64,000 bases of DNA from an uncultured archaeon (GCA_964619365.1 CAZUDQ010000006.1:29437-93436), one strand, 5' to 3'; positions 9,764 through 19,853 are shown, counted from the first letter of the stretch. The notes: generated by a model not told the origin, from the letters alone. Made by a program: numbers and translations.

Positions 9764-11524
9764 TTATTTGGCCTTCCTTACAATCTGTGCAATATTCTTT
9801 AGAAGCTCCTCGTCCTCCCCGTTTAAGAACTTTTTGCCTTTGTTTAAAATCTCTTCGTACTGGTTAAATGTTATGTAAGTAAGGAAGTGATCGCCTTCAT
9901 CAATGTTTCGGCCGACTGTTGCCCCTTCAATCGAACATGCGACCTCCATTCCCTTTGTTGCTTCTTCTACCTTCTCTTTTTTTTCCTGTAAGCCCTCTAT
10001 GCGACCGATTCTTGTCCCATCGGGCTTCATAAGTGGATACCCTGGCCTTACTCTGCCTTTTAGAACTGCAATGCCGATAACTGATGGTGATGAGCGCCTA
10101 AATGTACAATTTTCAAGATAGCGAATCTCTGCTGGGAACGGGACTGAATCAAAAAGAGCCATTTCCTGCTCGCGTTTTACATCCTTCATCCATTCACCAT
10201 AATCCCCAATAATCTTATAGATTACTTTGTCTGCAAGTATGCGCACTTTTGCATTTTTTGCAAAGTTTTCCATGTCTTCTGGAACCTCTGTATTAAACGC
10301 CATGATAAGACCAAACTCGGGGTTCTTTTTCCTGACGGATTCTGCCTCAATCATATCGGTTTTTGTAACTGCCCCTATATCGGCTTTTCTGACAGGAATT
10401 TTTAGTTTCTTTAGCATGCCAAGTATTGCCTCAAGACTGCCTAATGTGTCTGCGCGAACAATTATTCCCTCATCATCGTGGTCGAACTTGACAGACTCAA
10501 GCTCTGTTGTTATCTTCTCTTTTAGTTCTTTGATTGTTTCAGGACTTGTTACATATACCTGTCCGCCGGGAAGAGCATCTTCAATATCCGGGGCGACAAG
10601 TTTTACGCCTGATGCGGCATGGACTGAAGGTATGTTATCAAAGCGGTCTTTTGGGTCGCGCATCTCATCAAGGGGTTTTGGTTTAAGGAGCGCCCTCACT
10701 TTGCTTACTATGGGGCCGTTTTTACCAGAGATGACAACGGAGTCATTTCTTGATATTGTCCCGTCATAAAGTATTAAATCCAGACTAAGTCCCAGGCCCT
10801 TTGTCTCCTTGACTTCAAGAATGCTCGCCTTGCCAGGTCCTGATACTTCAATCTGCAGGTTCTTCTCAAGATACTTTTGGGAAAGCCCTGAAAGAAGCAT
10901 AAGGGCCTCGCCCATGCCTTCCCCTGTTTTGGCTGAAATCGGAATTATTGAAACCTGTTTTGTGAAATCATCAACTCGGTCGAATCTCTCTGCATACACA
11001 TTCATTTCAGAAAGCTTTCCGATAAGTTCATAAATCTTTTTGTCAAGTTCTTTCTTTACAAAATCCTGTTGTTCCTTAATAGACTTTCCAAAAGAATATT
11101 GACCTGTGTTTTTCCATCCCATAAGAAGGTCGCATTTGTTTGCACATATTATAAATGGTGTTTTGTAGTTCTTAAGAATCTCTAGAGCTTCAATTGTCTG
11201 AGGCTTAAATCCATCGCGAATATCAATTACAAGAACGGCCATATCAGCGATACTGCCCCCTCTTTTCCTTAGATTTGTAAACGCCTCGTGCCCTGGCGTG
11301 TCAACAAAAAGGAGACCGGGAATCTTCATAGTAACACCCATTGACTTAAGAAGCGGACCACATACCTTTTCTACGGTATCTAATGGGATTTCAGTAGCAC
11401 CAATGTGCTGGGTTATACCTCCAGCTTCCCTTGCCGCAACAGAGCCTTCCCTGACTTTGTCAAGAAAACTCGTCTTCCCGTGGTCGACGTGACCCAAGAC
11501 TGAGATTATCGGCTGGCGTATCAT
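9764..11524 (-). CDS. infB: Translation initiation factor aIF5B (IF-2)
   Basis: [36 protein letters not shown]. Confidence 0.97.
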   Translation of the reverse strand: MIRQPIISVLGHVDHGKTSFLDKVREGSVAAREAGGITQHIGATEIPLDTVEKVCGPLLKSMGVTMKIPGLLFVDTPGHEAFTNLRKRGGSIADMAVLVIDIRDGFKPQTIEALEILKNYKTPFIICANKCDLLMGWKNTGQYSFGKSIKEQQDFVKKELDKKIYELIGKLSEMNVYAERFDRVDDFTKQVSIIPISAKTGEGMGEALMLLSGLSQKYLEKNLQIEVSGPGKASILEVKETKGLGLSLDLILYDGTISRNDSVVISGKNGPIVSKVRALLKPKPLDEMRDPKDRFDNIPSVHAASGVKLVAPDIEDALPGGQVYVTSPETIKELKEKITTELESVKFDHDDEGIIVRADTLGSLEAILGMLKKLKIPVRKADIGAVTKTDMIEAESVRKKNPEFGLIMAFNTEVPEDMENFAKNAKVRILADKVIYKIIGDYGEWMKDVKREQEMALFDSVPFPAEIRYLENCTFRRSSPSVIGIAVLKGRVRPGYPLMKPDGTRIGRIEGLQEKKEKVEEATKGMEVACSIEGATVGRNIDEGDHFLTYITFNQYEEILNKGKKFLNGEDEELLKNIAQIVRKAK

Positions 11525-11609
11525 TTTCCTCGCATATTTGAAAGACTCTGCAAAAAAAGTATTAATGGGGTATTTTTAGGGACAAAACACTAAACTAAAA
11601 AGAAAACGA

Positions 11610-12311
11610 ATGGATAAAGGTAAACTCATAGAACATATGATAAAGGAGGGCGAGCTAAAAAGTATCGCTGTCGAAAAGGCATTCATGAATGTTGAGCGAG
11701 GGAATTTTATCCCCGATGACCAAAAACTAATGACCTATTTTGATGTTCCCCTCTCAATATCATGCGGACAGACAATATCCGCACCATCTGCAATAGCAAA
11801 AATGCTTGAACTTGCCGAACTAAAAAAGGGATTAAAGGTTCTTGAGATTGGGACTGGCTCAGGTTATAATACTGCGCTCATCTGTGAGATTATCGGCGAG
11901 GAAAATGTAACAACTATAGAGCGTTACCCCGACCTTGCAAAATTCGCAAAAGAAAACCTAAGGAAAAACGGTTATTCCAAAATAGAAATCATTTGCGGGG
12001 ACGGTAGCTTAGGATTTCCAGATAACGCCCCTTATGACCGGATAATTTCAACAGCGGCCTCACCTCAGATACCGTTCACCTGGATAGATCAAATAAAGAA
12101 CATGGGACTTATCATCGCCCCGATAGGTGGCCATCACCTTTACCAAGAACTAATGACCGCAAGAAAAAGCAGTAACGGGAAAATCAATAAGCTATCGCAT
12201 GGCTCATGTGTCTTTGTGCCACTAATCGGTGATTTGGGTTTTCCTGAGTACTCAGAAAATCTACATCCAAAAGGCTCCGGTGAGGAGAAGATAGAGGATA
12301 AAGATAAGTAA
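11610..12311 (+). CDS. pcm: Protein-L-isoaspartate O-methyltransferase
   Basis: GQTISAP, VLEIGTGSGY, APYDRII, FVPLIG. Confidence 0.95.
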   Translation: MDKGKLIEHMIKEGELKSIAVEKAFMNVERGNFIPDDQKLMTYFDVPLSISCGQTISAPSAIAKMLELAELKKGLKVLEIGTGSGYNTALICEIIGEENVTTIERYPDLAKFAKENLRKNGYSKIEIICGDGSLGFPDNAPYDRIISTAASPQIPFTWIDQIKNMGLIIAPIGGHHLYQELMTARKSSNGKINKLSHGSCVFVPLIGDLGFPEYSENLHPKGSGEEKIEDKDK

Positions 12312-12419
12312 GAAACCCATAATCGTTATTGCGGCAACACGTGGCGAGAACTCATGCTTTATCTCTTCTTCAAATGAGTCGTCATTGATTACTACTTCTT
12401 TCTTTTTTGTTCTTGCCAT
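12261..12419 (-). CDS. Small single-TM protein (52 aa), possibly Sec61beta-like
   Basis: Manually translated MARTKKKEVVINDDSFEEEIKHEFSPRVAAITIMGFLLIFILYLLLTGAFWM; starts just after the 12438-12995 gene. Confidence 0.5.
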   Translation of the reverse strand: MARTKKKEVVINDDSFEEEIKHEFSPRVAAITIMGFLLIFILYLLLTGAFWM

Positions 12420-12437
12420 TTTTCCTTTAGATTTGAG

Positions 12438-12995
12438 TTATAATATCTCTGTTGCGCATCGCCATGCCGCAAAATGTGCGTCGCGGGGACATTTGCCATT
12501 GCCAACGGCTATTGCGTCACCTTCTTCTGGTTTAAATATTGAGTCTATTAACTTAAAATCTCGTAATGAGTTTTGGGAAAGACTAAGCTTGCCTTCATTT
12601 GGGGCAAGTAAATCCCCATTTTCAAAAGTCAAAAAGATTGCTGAATTTTGCTTTCTTTCGGTAAGTTTTGAGGCTTTTTTCGCAGCACCTTTTATAGATA
12701 TTGCATAAGCAAAATTCCCTTCACAAAAATCTAGCTTGACATCCTTGCAACGAAGAAGTTTTTTCATCCGAGCATATGTCTTTTTACCGCGGGAGTTAAG
12801 CTTCCTCCCTTCGGGACAAGACTCAACGAGATTCAGCTCTGCAAGCCTTTGAAGTATCGTTCGTATGCTGCCTTCGCCAAGTCCTGTTTCAACAACAAGT
12901 GCCTTTCGTCCTATCGGCTCCTTTCTTGAGATTATGTAAAAGACCCAGTTGATATGCGCTTCACAAAACCGCTCGGGTGCTCCTGCTTTTGCCAT
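12438..12995 (-). CDS. HTH protein, DUF2111/DUF4443-like
   Basis: PIGRKALVVETGLGEGSIRTIL HTH. Confidence 0.7.
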   Translation of the reverse strand: MAKAGAPERFCEAHINWVFYIISRKEPIGRKALVVETGLGEGSIRTILQRLAELNLVESCPEGRKLNSRGKKTYARMKKLLRCKDVKLDFCEGNFAYAISIKGAAKKASKLTERKQNSAIFLTFENGDLLAPNEGKLSLSQNSLRDFKLIDSIFKPEEGDAIAVGNGKCPRDAHFAAWRCATEIL

Positions 12996-13059
12996 TTAAC
13001 TAGTTACAAATATATTTAGTTCTTCTTTTTGCGGCAAAGTAAAGTAAAAGGAAATAGGA

Positions 13060-13099
13060 TTTTTGCGCGAAGGAAACTCCTGATTTCCGCGCGCAAAAA
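13060..13099 (-). terminator. Hairpin downstream of glnA
   Basis: tttttgcgcg..ggaaa / tttcc.cgcgcaaaaa inverted repeat. Confidence 0.55.
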
Positions 13100-13120
13100 A
13101 CTAGTCAAAAATAAGAAGTC

Positions 13121-14470
13121 TTAGTACTTCTCAAGGTATGTGTTTACTTCCCAGTCTGTTACTGCAAGACGGAAAGACTCCCACTCCGCATTCTTTGCAG
13201 CCAAATACTGCTCGAATGAATGTTCACCCAAGCATTCCCTCATAAGACTACTGCCTGAAAGCTCATCTATAGCATCACCAAGTGAGGCGGGAAGTGTGTT
13301 TATACCCATTGCGACTAAGTCTGATGGGGTCTTTTCATACATATCGTCTTCAATTGGTGTTGGCGCATCAAGACCTTCTTTTATCCCTGCAAGACCAGCT
13401 TTTAGCATTACAGCAAAAGCAAGATATGGGTTTGCTGTCGGGTCTGGACAGCGAAGTTCACAACGAGTGGCTTTCTCCCTACCGACAGAGTATCTTGGAA
13501 CCCTGATAAGAGCGCTTCTATTCTTCTGTCCCCAACAGAGGTAAACCGGCGCCTCATAACCTGGAACAAGCCTTTTATAAGAATTTACTGTGGGTGCAAG
13601 TATTGCAGACATCTCCTTAACATACTTTAGTTGGCCTGCAACAAATTTTCTTGCAATATCTGAAAGCTTCATTGGGTCGTTTGCATCAAAGAAAACATTC
13701 TCGCCATCTTTATTAAAGAAACTCTGGTGTACGTGCATCCCAGAACCGTTTATTCTGCCAATCGGTTTTGGCATGAATGTCGCATAAGTGCCATGCATCG
13801 TTGCAATCGCCTTAAAGGCGTATTTCATAGTAAGGGTGTTATCTGCCTGTGTTAAAGCAGGACCATACCTGAAGTCTATTTCATGTTGACCTTCTGCAAC
13901 TTCGTGGTGGCTCATCTCAACAGTGACCCCCATTTGTTCAACAGCATTTATCATGTCACGGCGAACGCCATATGCAAGATCCATTGAAAGGTCAAAATAA
14001 CCTCCATTGTCATGAGGTGCTTGAACAATTTTACCGTCTGCATCTCGTGCAAATAAGAAGAATTCAAGCTCTGGTCCAACATTATATGTAAGACCCATCT
14101 CTTCAGCCTCTTTCATAACTTTCTTTAATATGTATCGTGGGTCGCCTTCAAAGGGCTTGCCATCAGGCATATATACGTCACAAATAAGGCGCGCAGAATT
14201 TCCTGATTCTGAAATTTTCCATGGAATTACACTATAAGTACTAGGGTCTGGCTTAAGGTACATGTCGCTCTCACAGATTCTTGTAAATCCTTCAATTGAA
14301 GAGCCGTCAAACCATGTTCCTTTCTCCAATGATTCTGCAAGATGGGTTGCGGGGATAGTCACACTCTTGACAGTTCCAAAAAGATCTGTAAACTGCAAAT
14401 CCACAAACTTTACGTTATCATTCCTTGTTTTTTCTAATACGGCTTGCGCCTCTGCACTTAAGCTATCCAT
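13121..14470 (-). CDS. glnA: Glutamine synthetase type I
   Basis: FDGSSIEG, HHEVAEGQHEIDF, TFMPKP, NGSGMH, ELRCPDP. Confidence 0.97.
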   Translation of the reverse strand: MDSLSAEAQAVLEKTRNDNVKFVDLQFTDLFGTVKSVTIPATHLAESLEKGTWFDGSSIEGFTRICESDMYLKPDPSTYSVIPWKISESGNSARLICDVYMPDGKPFEGDPRYILKKVMKEAEEMGLTYNVGPELEFFLFARDADGKIVQAPHDNGGYFDLSMDLAYGVRRDMINAVEQMGVTVEMSHHEVAEGQHEIDFRYGPALTQADNTLTMKYAFKAIATMHGTYATFMPKPIGRINGSGMHVHQSFFNKDGENVFFDANDPMKLSDIARKFVAGQLKYVKEMSAILAPTVNSYKRLVPGYEAPVYLCWGQKNRSALIRVPRYSVGREKATRCELRCPDPTANPYLAFAVMLKAGLAGIKEGLDAPTPIEDDMYEKTPSDLVAMGINTLPASLGDAIDELSGSSLMRECLGEHSFEQYLAAKNAEWESFRLAVTDWEVNTYLEKY

Positions 14471-14604
14471 TTTATTAAAAAATCTTTATTTTTATTCCCA
14501 AGAGGGTAAACTTACCGCTATATTAGTAGTGTAACAAATAAAAAGGTTTCGTTTTTTTGAACATCATTTCAAAATAGATAGACAATATTGAGAATATCCT
14601 CAAA

Positions 14605-15057
14605 ATGGGCACAAAAATAGAGAATCTGGACCTAAAGATCCTAAAGGAGCTTCAACGAGACGGGCGCGTGAGCTTTCGTGACATAGCAGAAAAGCTGGGT
14701 GTTGCTGAAGGAACCATATACAACCACGTCTCAAAGCTTGAAGAGAAAGGAATCATAAAACGGTTTATGGCTGATATAGATTTTACTAAACTTGGTTATG
14801 ATCTCATTGTCGCAATAGGTGTCATGGTTGAGGGTGGAAGCCTGCCCCAGATTGAAGAGAATATCGGAAAATCGCCAAATGTCACTGCAGTATATGATGT
14901 TACAGGAGAGTATGATGCGATTGTCATAGCACGCTTCTCTGAACGCTCAGAACTTAATGATTTTGTAAAGGGTCTTCTTTCGATTGCCGGAGTCAAAAGG
15001 ACTAATACCATGATGATTCTTAATGTCATGAAAGATACACACGGCGTCGAACTTTAA
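14605..15057 (+). CDS. Lrp/AsnC family regulator
   Basis: LDLKILKELQRDGR HTH; VYDVTGEYD RAM domain. Confidence 0.93.
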   Translation: MGTKIENLDLKILKELQRDGRVSFRDIAEKLGVAEGTIYNHVSKLEEKGIIKRFMADIDFTKLGYDLIVAIGVMVEGGSLPQIEENIGKSPNVTAVYDVTGEYDAIVIARFSERSELNDFVKGLLSIAGVKRTNTMMILNVMKDTHGVEL

Positions 15058-15106
15058 AGATAAAAAAATTGGGTGACAAAGATTTGTTGCGCACCCTTTT
15101 AATAAA

Positions 15107-15280
15107 TTATTTCTTGGATTTTGTCTTCTTTGCGGGTGCTGCTGGAACTGCCTTCTTTTTTACTCCCATAAATGTCAGGAGTCCAAGACACCACGCAGCT
15201 GCAAGCGCGTTAATGATATTAAGTGCGCCAGACACTCCAGTCGAGGGATTTGCAAATCCGCCAGCTGCAAGAAGCGCGGG
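15107..15280 (-). pseudogene. 3' fragment (or tiny gene) of a membrane protein
   Basis: ...GALNIINALAAAWCLGLLTFMGVKKKAVPAAPAKKTKSKK*; upstream in-frame stop and no convincing 5' part. Confidence 0.35.
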
Positions 15281-15362
15281 GGCTCGCGTGAATTCGAGTC
15301 GTCAGAGAAAACTGGTGAGCAAAAAAGGAAAAAACGTTAGATTGTTTATTTTGCTTGGTTTT

Positions 15363-15381
15363 GGAAGCCTTTTTGGCTTCC
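15363..15381 (+). terminator. Hairpin plus T-tract
   Basis: GGAAGCC-TTTTT-GGCTTCC followed by a long T-rich run. Confidence 0.6.
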
Positions 15382-15438
15382 TCTTTTTTCTTTTTACTTT
15401 TATTTTGTTACTCTTTCTAAACTTTCAGATTAATCAAT

Positions 15439-16236
15439 ATGGAAATTGATATTTTTGAGGTATTTGCTGCGATATCTGAAAATCCGCCTTTGGTGCATCA
15501 CATAACAAACTGGGTGACGATTTATGACTGCGCGCAAATCTGCCGCTGCGCAGGCGCACTTCCAGTTATGGCTCACGCAAAAGAAGAAGCAGGGGACATG
15601 ACAAACGTTGCAAACGCAATTGTTCTTAACATTGGAACGCTTACCCCGGAGCTTGTTGATGCCATGATACTTGCAGGAGAAGTTGCAAACAAAAATGGCA
15701 TCCCTGTTGTTCTTGATGCAGTCGGTGCGGGCGCAACGCCATTAAGGACAGATTCCTGCAGAAAGATTCTTGATAAAATTAAGGTGGATGTAATTAAGGG
15801 TAATCTTGGTGAAATCGCAACACTTAGCGGTCTTGGTGGAAAAGTAAGGGGTGTTGAGAGTGTGGGTGCTGATGCGAAGGGAACTACAATTGCAGAATCG
15901 CTTGCAAAAAAGGAAAATGCCACCGTAGTCATAACAGGGGGGGTGGATGTAATCTCTGATGGAAAAAGAACTTTTGAAGTTGCTAATGGAACTCCTATGA
16001 TGTCAAAAGTCGTTGGTACTGGATGCATGGCAGGAACCCTTATCGGAGCATTTTGTGCTGTTGAAAAAGACTACACGAAAGCTGCAACTTGCGCTCTTTC
16101 ATGTTATGGTATCGCAGGAGAACTCGCAGCAAGAAAAAGCTCGTCTCCCATGGAATTTAAAACACAGCTTTTTGACTCGCTTTTTTCACTTAACAAAGAT
16201 TGTGGTATTGAGCCAAAAATAAAACAGGTCAGATGA
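15439..16236 (+). CDS. thiM: Hydroxyethylthiazole kinase
   Basis: PLVHHITNWVT, GALPVMAH, LNIGTL, GTGCM. Confidence 0.95.
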   Translation: MEIDIFEVFAAISENPPLVHHITNWVTIYDCAQICRCAGALPVMAHAKEEAGDMTNVANAIVLNIGTLTPELVDAMILAGEVANKNGIPVVLDAVGAGATPLRTDSCRKILDKIKVDVIKGNLGEIATLSGLGGKVRGVESVGADAKGTTIAESLAKKENATVVITGGVDVISDGKRTFEVANGTPMMSKVVGTGCMAGTLIGAFCAVEKDYTKAATCALSCYGIAGELAARKSSSPMEFKTQLFDSLFSLNKDCGIEPKIKQVR

Positions 16237-16856
16237 AAAAAATAGCTGGATTTTATTTTATAACGGACTCGGAATTGAGTAAAACCGGCATTGAAAATGA
16301 CGTTAGGGGCGCAATAGATGGCGGAGCATCTTGTGTCCAATACCGTGAGAAGAATAAGCCATATAACGAAATGCTTAAGGAAGTCCTTGTCCTAAAAGAA
16401 ATCTGCAGGGGTAAAGTTCCCTTGATTATAAATGACAACCTTTCCCTCGCAAAAGAAACTGATGTGGATGGAATTCACCTTGGGCAAGATGACAACGATA
16501 TCTATCATGCACGAAAAGCGCTCGACGATGACAAAATAATTGGCATCAGCACCCACTCTGTAAAAGAGGCTTTGGCGGCAGAAAAAGCTGGGGCAAATTA
16601 CATCGGTTTTGGCCCTGTGTTTCAAACTTCAACAAAAGCTGATGCGGGAACTCCGTTAGGACTTGGCGCACTACGGGAAGTTTGCGAGGCTGTAAATATC
16701 CCGGTTGCTGCAATTGGCGGGATAAATCCTGACAACGCAGAATCTGTTATAATCACGGGAGCAGACTGCCTTTGTGCAATCTCTGCAAGTATTGGCAATG
16801 ACACAAAACTCCGCGTAATAAACCTAGTTCGTCTCTTTTATCCAAAGAGAAGATAA
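16233..16856 (+). CDS. thiE: Thiamine-phosphate synthase
   Basis: VQYREK, LIIND, GIHLGQDD, TSTK, AIGGI. Confidence 0.95.
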   Translation: MKKIAGFYFITDSELSKTGIENDVRGAIDGGASCVQYREKNKPYNEMLKEVLVLKEICRGKVPLIINDNLSLAKETDVDGIHLGQDDNDIYHARKALDDDKIIGISTHSVKEALAAEKAGANYIGFGPVFQTSTKADAGTPLGLGALREVCEAVNIPVAAIGGINPDNAESVIITGADCLCAISASIGNDTKLRVINLVRLFYPKRR

Positions 16857-16868
16857 TTTCATAAAGAA

Positions 16869-17060
16869 ATGGCACGTGTAGTTGACGAGACTTTTGAGGC
16901 GCTTTTTGCGATAACCGATATCAGGCAGCTCCTTAGGGAGACAAAACCAGATTACTCCTTAAACAAGGAGCAAATGGCTCTTTTAGAGAAAAAACTTGAA
17001 CGCGCAAGAGTGGCTCTTGAAAGAATCGAAGAGGACTTTAGGGAGACAAGTAAGAAATGA
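16869..17060 (+). CDS. Small helical protein, probable SepCysE N-terminal-domain homolog (SepCysSN)
   Basis: 63-aa helical ORF overlapping the pscS start (ATGA); matches the known small partner-gene arrangement. Confidence 0.6.
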   Translation: MARVVDETFEALFAITDIRQLLRETKPDYSLNKEQMALLEKKLERARVALERIEEDFRETSKK

Positions 17061-18235
17061 ACCCGATAGGCACACTTCCCGTAAGAGAACGGGAAGAGGA
17101 AGCCATAAATCTTCAGCCGATTCAGGCGGCAGGAAGACTCACATCCGATGCCATGAAAGCACTCATTGCTTATGGTGACGGATATTCTGCATGTGACTTG
17201 TGCCTTAAGCCGTTTCGTCTTGATACTATTAAAAAACCTGATATCGCTCAGTTCCACACCGATGTAGCAGACTGGTTGGGCGTCGACCAGATAAGAATAA
17301 TGCCTGGAGCGCGCAGGGCTTTTCAGGCAGTATGTTTAAGCCTCCTTTCAAAAGGGGACACCGCACTTATTACCCAGTTTGGGCATTACACAATAGGTCT
17401 TTCAGTTGAGCAGGCAGGAGCCACCTGGCGCGAGATACCTGCTGATGAAACAAATCACATCACGCCTGATGCTACAGCAGAGAAAATAGAGCTTGTAAAA
17501 AAGGAGACTGGTTCCGTCCCAAAGCTCATAAACGTTGCGCATTTTGACTACCAACTGGCTAACGAACATGATATAAAAGGGATCATCAAGGTCGCTCACG
17601 AATACGATGTTCCAGTACTTTATAATGGTGCTTACACAATTGGTGTCATGCCAGTAAACCACAAGGATTTTGGCGCGGATTTCTATGTCGCCTCAGGCCA
17701 CAAGTCTATGGCGGCTCCAGCCCCAACTGGCGTTCTTGGAATGAATGATGAATGGGCAGAAAAAGTCTTTAGGACGACTGACGCGACCGGGGACGTTACC
17801 GGACGAAAGTTTGGAGTAAAGGAAGTCCAGCTTTTAGGCTGCACAGTCATGGGCGGCCCGCTTTTTGCTATGATGGCGTCTTTCCCCCACGTCAAGGAAC
17901 GTGTTAAACACTGGGACACTGAACTTGAAAACGCTCGCTGGTTTGTTGACCAAATGTTAAAAATTGAAGGGACTTCAGTTGTTTCTGAGATGCCAAGAAA
18001 GCACACGATAACAAAGATAAAGACTGACGGCTTTAACAAGATTGCAGATACGCACAAGAAAAGGGGGTTTTTCCTGACTAAAGCACTCTCATCGCGTAAG
18101 ATAACGGGGCCGTTTCCCGGCGCAACGCGCGAGTGGAAGTTCTCAACTTACGGCCTAACACGAAAACAGGTAGAATACACCGCTAACGCGTTTAAGGAAA
18201 TTGCTCTTGAGAACGGGCTTAATGTTTCTGACTAA
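17057..18235 (+). CDS. pscS: Sep-tRNA:Cys-tRNA synthase (SepCysS)
   Basis: INLQPIQAAGRLT, GDGYSACDLC, ASGHKSMA (PLP Lys), LLGCT. Confidence 0.93.
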   Translation: MNPIGTLPVREREEEAINLQPIQAAGRLTSDAMKALIAYGDGYSACDLCLKPFRLDTIKKPDIAQFHTDVADWLGVDQIRIMPGARRAFQAVCLSLLSKGDTALITQFGHYTIGLSVEQAGATWREIPADETNHITPDATAEKIELVKKETGSVPKLINVAHFDYQLANEHDIKGIIKVAHEYDVPVLYNGAYTIGVMPVNHKDFGADFYVASGHKSMAAPAPTGVLGMNDEWAEKVFRTTDATGDVTGRKFGVKEVQLLGCTVMGGPLFAMMASFPHVKERVKHWDTELENARWFVDQMLKIEGTSVVSEMPRKHTITKIKTDGFNKIADTHKKRGFFLTKALSSRKITGPFPGATREWKFSTYGLTRKQVEYTANAFKEIALENGLNVSD

Positions 18236-18251
18236 ATTTTTAGGAAAGAGC

Positions 18252-19025
18252 TTACTTTTTATGTTGCCGTCTTTTTGCTTTTCTCTCAGCAGAAATCTTT
18301 TTTAGCTTCTTTGCTTTACCGCCGTCTTTCCTTAGGGTTTTTCTGAGTTTAGCACCCTTTGCACGCCAGACTATGACATTTTCCAGATTTGCCGCTTCAT
18401 CGTGGGCCAGCTTTTCTGTATGGACAACGGAGCGCTTGATTGCTTCGTATTTACGTACGTCCTGTAAGGTTCGCGGGTTCTGTTCTTTAAAGCTTTGAGA
18501 CTCTTTTGCCTTGGCTATTTTTGCATCTAACCAGTCGGCATGCGATTGATTTCCTCTAGATTGGTTTGCTTGATGTTTTTGAAGTCTGCGCAATTCTTTT
18601 AAGGGGACTCCGTCCACTTCGGTTTTTGGACCGATTCCTAATTCTTTTGCAGGCTTAAACTTTTTTGGGTTTCTTTGGCGTTTTCTCTCGGCAGAAATAT
18701 TTTTTAATTTCTCGGCCTTTTTACCTCCAGCCTTCAGATCTGCACGCAATTTGCTTGCTCTTGTGCGCCAAACCCTGACCTGGCCGACAACTTCATTTAA
18801 TGCTCCAGCTTCATTTCTGGCCCCCCTGGCAAGTCTGTTCGCATCCCTTGCAAGTGATGTATTCTCCCGGTAGTTCCCAACTCCTGCCGCCAGTTCATAA
18901 TTCAAACCCTTTTGTTGATGTTTTTGTGCTTCTTTTCTTTTGGACTTGATTAAGCGATGTATTTGCTTAACTGAGATATCGGTGATATCTATTTCTGGGC
19001 CAAGGTTTGGTTTTTTGCTAGGCAT
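18252..19025 (-). CDS. Basic WRT-GG repeat family protein 1 (two modules)
   Basis: Start MPSKKP; VWRTRASKLRADLKAGG and VWRAKGAKLRKTLRKDGG...ISAERK. Confidence 0.75.
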   Translation of the reverse strand: MPSKKPNLGPEIDITDISVKQIHRLIKSKRKEAQKHQQKGLNYELAAGVGNYRENTSLARDANRLARGARNEAGALNEVVGQVRVWRTRASKLRADLKAGGKKAEKLKNISAERKRQRNPKKFKPAKELGIGPKTEVDGVPLKELRRLQKHQANQSRGNQSHADWLDAKIAKAKESQSFKEQNPRTLQDVRKYEAIKRSVVHTEKLAHDEAANLENVIVWRAKGAKLRKTLRKDGGKAKKLKKISAERKAKRRQHKK

Positions 19026-19130
19026 CTTAATTGCTGAAAAGTTGTATATGATAATTAATTTCAAAAGAATAAAAACACTAAAGGTAAAACGCTCGCTCTT
19101 GATTTATTATTAATGAAAAGTAAGAAAATC

Positions 19131-19853
19131 TTACTTTCTTTTCTTGGAGATTGCCTTTAAGCGGTCCGCCTCAAAACCACCCTCGCGTAAAGTTTGCCTC
19201 AATGGAGCCCCCCTTGTACGCCACATAACTTTATGTCCTGCTTCTGCTGCCCTATTAGAAAACTTTTTTACTTGACCGCGCGCTGTCCACATTGTATTTA
19301 TGTGCCGATTATACTCCGTGCGCGCACCATAATCGCTGCCCCCTTCTATTACGGCATTCACTCCTTTTTTCTTAACCATCCGATAAGCTTTTTCATCAGC
19401 TACATTAGCTAGACGTTCATGCTCCTTGGCTAATTTAAGGTTACGTTTTTGAACTCTGCTTAGTTGATTTACTTTTAATCGTTCTACTTTTACCTTAGAC
19501 CCACCGTCTCGCAAAAATTGTCTAGTGGGTGCTCCGTATGTGCGCCAAGTGTGTGCCCAGTTATACTTAGCGGCTTCATCTGCAGAGAAATTCCGGTTCT
19601 TAGTTTCTACTGTTACTAAATCATTATATTTGACATAATCAGGATGTTCCTTGTTTATACGCGCAATATTGCGGGCGTTCTTATATGCTTCAATCCTTTG
19701 TTCAGCAACACCTGTGCGCTTAATAAAATGTTTTTTAGCAGTTGTTAACTGTTTGGCAGACATATCCTTAAGCTCTGTATGCAAATTGACTCCTTTGGGT
19801 TTTGTTGGAAACTTCGCAAGTTTTGGGTGATATCCTCTGGGTCTTGTGGGCAT
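19131..19853 (-). CDS. Basic WRT-GG repeat family protein 2 (two modules)
   Basis: MPTRPRG; TWRTYGAPTRQFLRDGG and MWRTRGAPLRQTLREGG...ISKKRK. Confidence 0.75.
   Translation of the reverse strand: MPTRPRGYHPKLAKFPTKPKGVNLHTELKDMSAKQLTTAKKHFIKRTGVAEQRIEAYKNARNIARINKEHPDYVKYNDLVTVETKNRNFSADEAAKYNWAHTWRTYGAPTRQFLRDGGSKVKVERLKVNQLSRVQKRNLKLAKEHERLANVADEKAYRMVKKKGVNAVIEGGSDYGARTEYNRHINTMWTARGQVKKFSNRAAEAGHKVMWRTRGAPLRQTLREGGFEADRLKAISKKRK

Noticed and set aside
15270-15438. TPP riboswitch upstream of thiM
   Set aside because: The conserved CUGAGA / ACCUG / AAU..GCGUAGG elements are not present
15069-15449. 126-aa plus-strand ORF
   Set aside because: TTG start; runs antisense to a gene fragment and through a terminator T-tract that mimics a TM helix
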